64,000 nt of DNA from Paragordius varius (lineage: Eukaryota; Animalia; Nematomorpha). Positions 62,845 through 64,000 of this stretch are shown piece after piece (the stretch's first letter is position 1; every line of letters starts with the position of its first letter). The stretch is taken from NCBI GenBank assembly GCA_964247055.1, contig OZ176051.1:7750001-7814000 (forward strand), written 5' to 3'. The position numbers were made by a program, and so were the translations under genes. The notes below the pieces were generated by a model. That model saw only the letters and a program-made list of their open reading frames with translations. It made no database searches and had not been told where the DNA came from.

Positions 62845-64000
62845 TGCTGAGATTGCGGGATAAAAAAAATTAATATACGCTAAATTTTGATATCAAATCA
62901 AAATATCTTTTAAAAATTGCATGCTTTTTTGAAAATTTAATTTTTAGCTAAATTTTGTTGAAGATTTCATCCTATTTTTAACCATGATGGAAACGGACAA
63001 AAAATATTTTAGATATTATAAATAATGATGCAACATTTCATCACCCCAGAATTTCAATTAACACATTCGTTCGTCTTTATTTTTGTTATATTAATGTTTA
63101 TTTACACATTCACCTCCTTTAATCAAACTAACCTTTAAAACATTTTGAAGTGATAGAAATCAGCATTATATAATTACCGGCACTTTTGTGTTTATTTTAA
63201 AAGGAATAGTTCATTAAGAAGAGCAAAAAATTTAGGACATTCTGAGTCTTCTGCTAAAAATTAAAATTTGGTGAAAATATTGTTTTGCTTTTTATATGTA
63301 GTCTCTATTTTAGTGATATTTTTTGGAATGAAGCATCTAGCTGGTACCAAAATAATTTTATTTTAAAAAAGTATGTGCAAATTTTGCCATTACCATAAAA
63401 ATGTAAATAATTTTCTTAAATCGTAAGAGACATTAGTTTATGTTTAAAATTATAATCAGAATACAAGTTCTCAAAAAACTTTGAAGAAAAGGGCATAAGT
63501 AGTGGCGAGAATGCCTAAAAACTATTTATTAAATATCGTGATTCCTAAAAAGAATTTCAAAAAGTTCGCTAAAATATCGCATTCATATTCATTATAAAGG
63601 TTAAAAGATCCCAAGCAATATTAACAACTTCCCATTTATATTTTATTTATGTTAAACAGCGTACCATATATAATTGTTCAAACAACTCTTCCTAAAATAA
63701 TCTCAATTTTCATTTTAACTCGTTGAAAGCTCATTGTAAAAATTATTTATTCTAATTATTTAAATAGTTTTGTAATAATTGAAATATCTGTCGCCAAGAT
63801 TCAAATATATTTGATTCAAATCATTGAAATCTATTCAGCTTATTTCTATCGAGTTTCTTATTTTAATACTTATGTAAAATATTAATCACGGCAATTTTGG
63901 CATGCTTCTGCAGCTAGTCTATGGCGAAAATTGCATTTTTAGTAATTTATAGTAAAAGCGATTAGATAGTGTATTCGTTAAGATATAGGTGTAAGTTTTT

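Overview
AT-rich, intron-containing animal (metazoan) genomic DNA; I cannot identify the species from sequence alone. It holds three host genes. (1) A complete 9-exon SLC37A1/A2-type sugar-phosphate exchanger (+, 19166-23097, 635 aa). (2) A complete 9-exon gene I assembled by hand (+, 29290-37657, 1411 aa) for a probably secreted mosaic protein with seven DUF3011-like cysteine repeats and three Kunitz domains; the third Kunitz is missing from the ORF track and lacks one disulfide. (3) A divergent multi-exon TTC37/SKIC3 (SKI3) orthologue (-, about 38.6-55.3 kb, first exons unresolved). An orphan exon lies at 501-931 (-). The rest is a nested transposon landscape: hAT elements and MITEs, piggyBac-like TTAA MITEs, a Penelope-like remnant, RTE LINE fragments (one full-size copy split and inverted), a 1.2 kb foldback palindrome, and four copies of a non-autonomous Helitron carrying a ~480 bp tandem unit. 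The most unusual signal is an IS630/Tc1-like element (two copies, CAGT TIRs, TA flanks) whose transposase frame is restored exactly by removing two ultra-short GT-AG segments of 23 and 25 nt. Both are present in both copies and are far below the ~65 nt or longer introns I could map in the host genes. I saw no rRNA, tRNA or CRISPR array. All homology calls come from motif recognition, not database searches.
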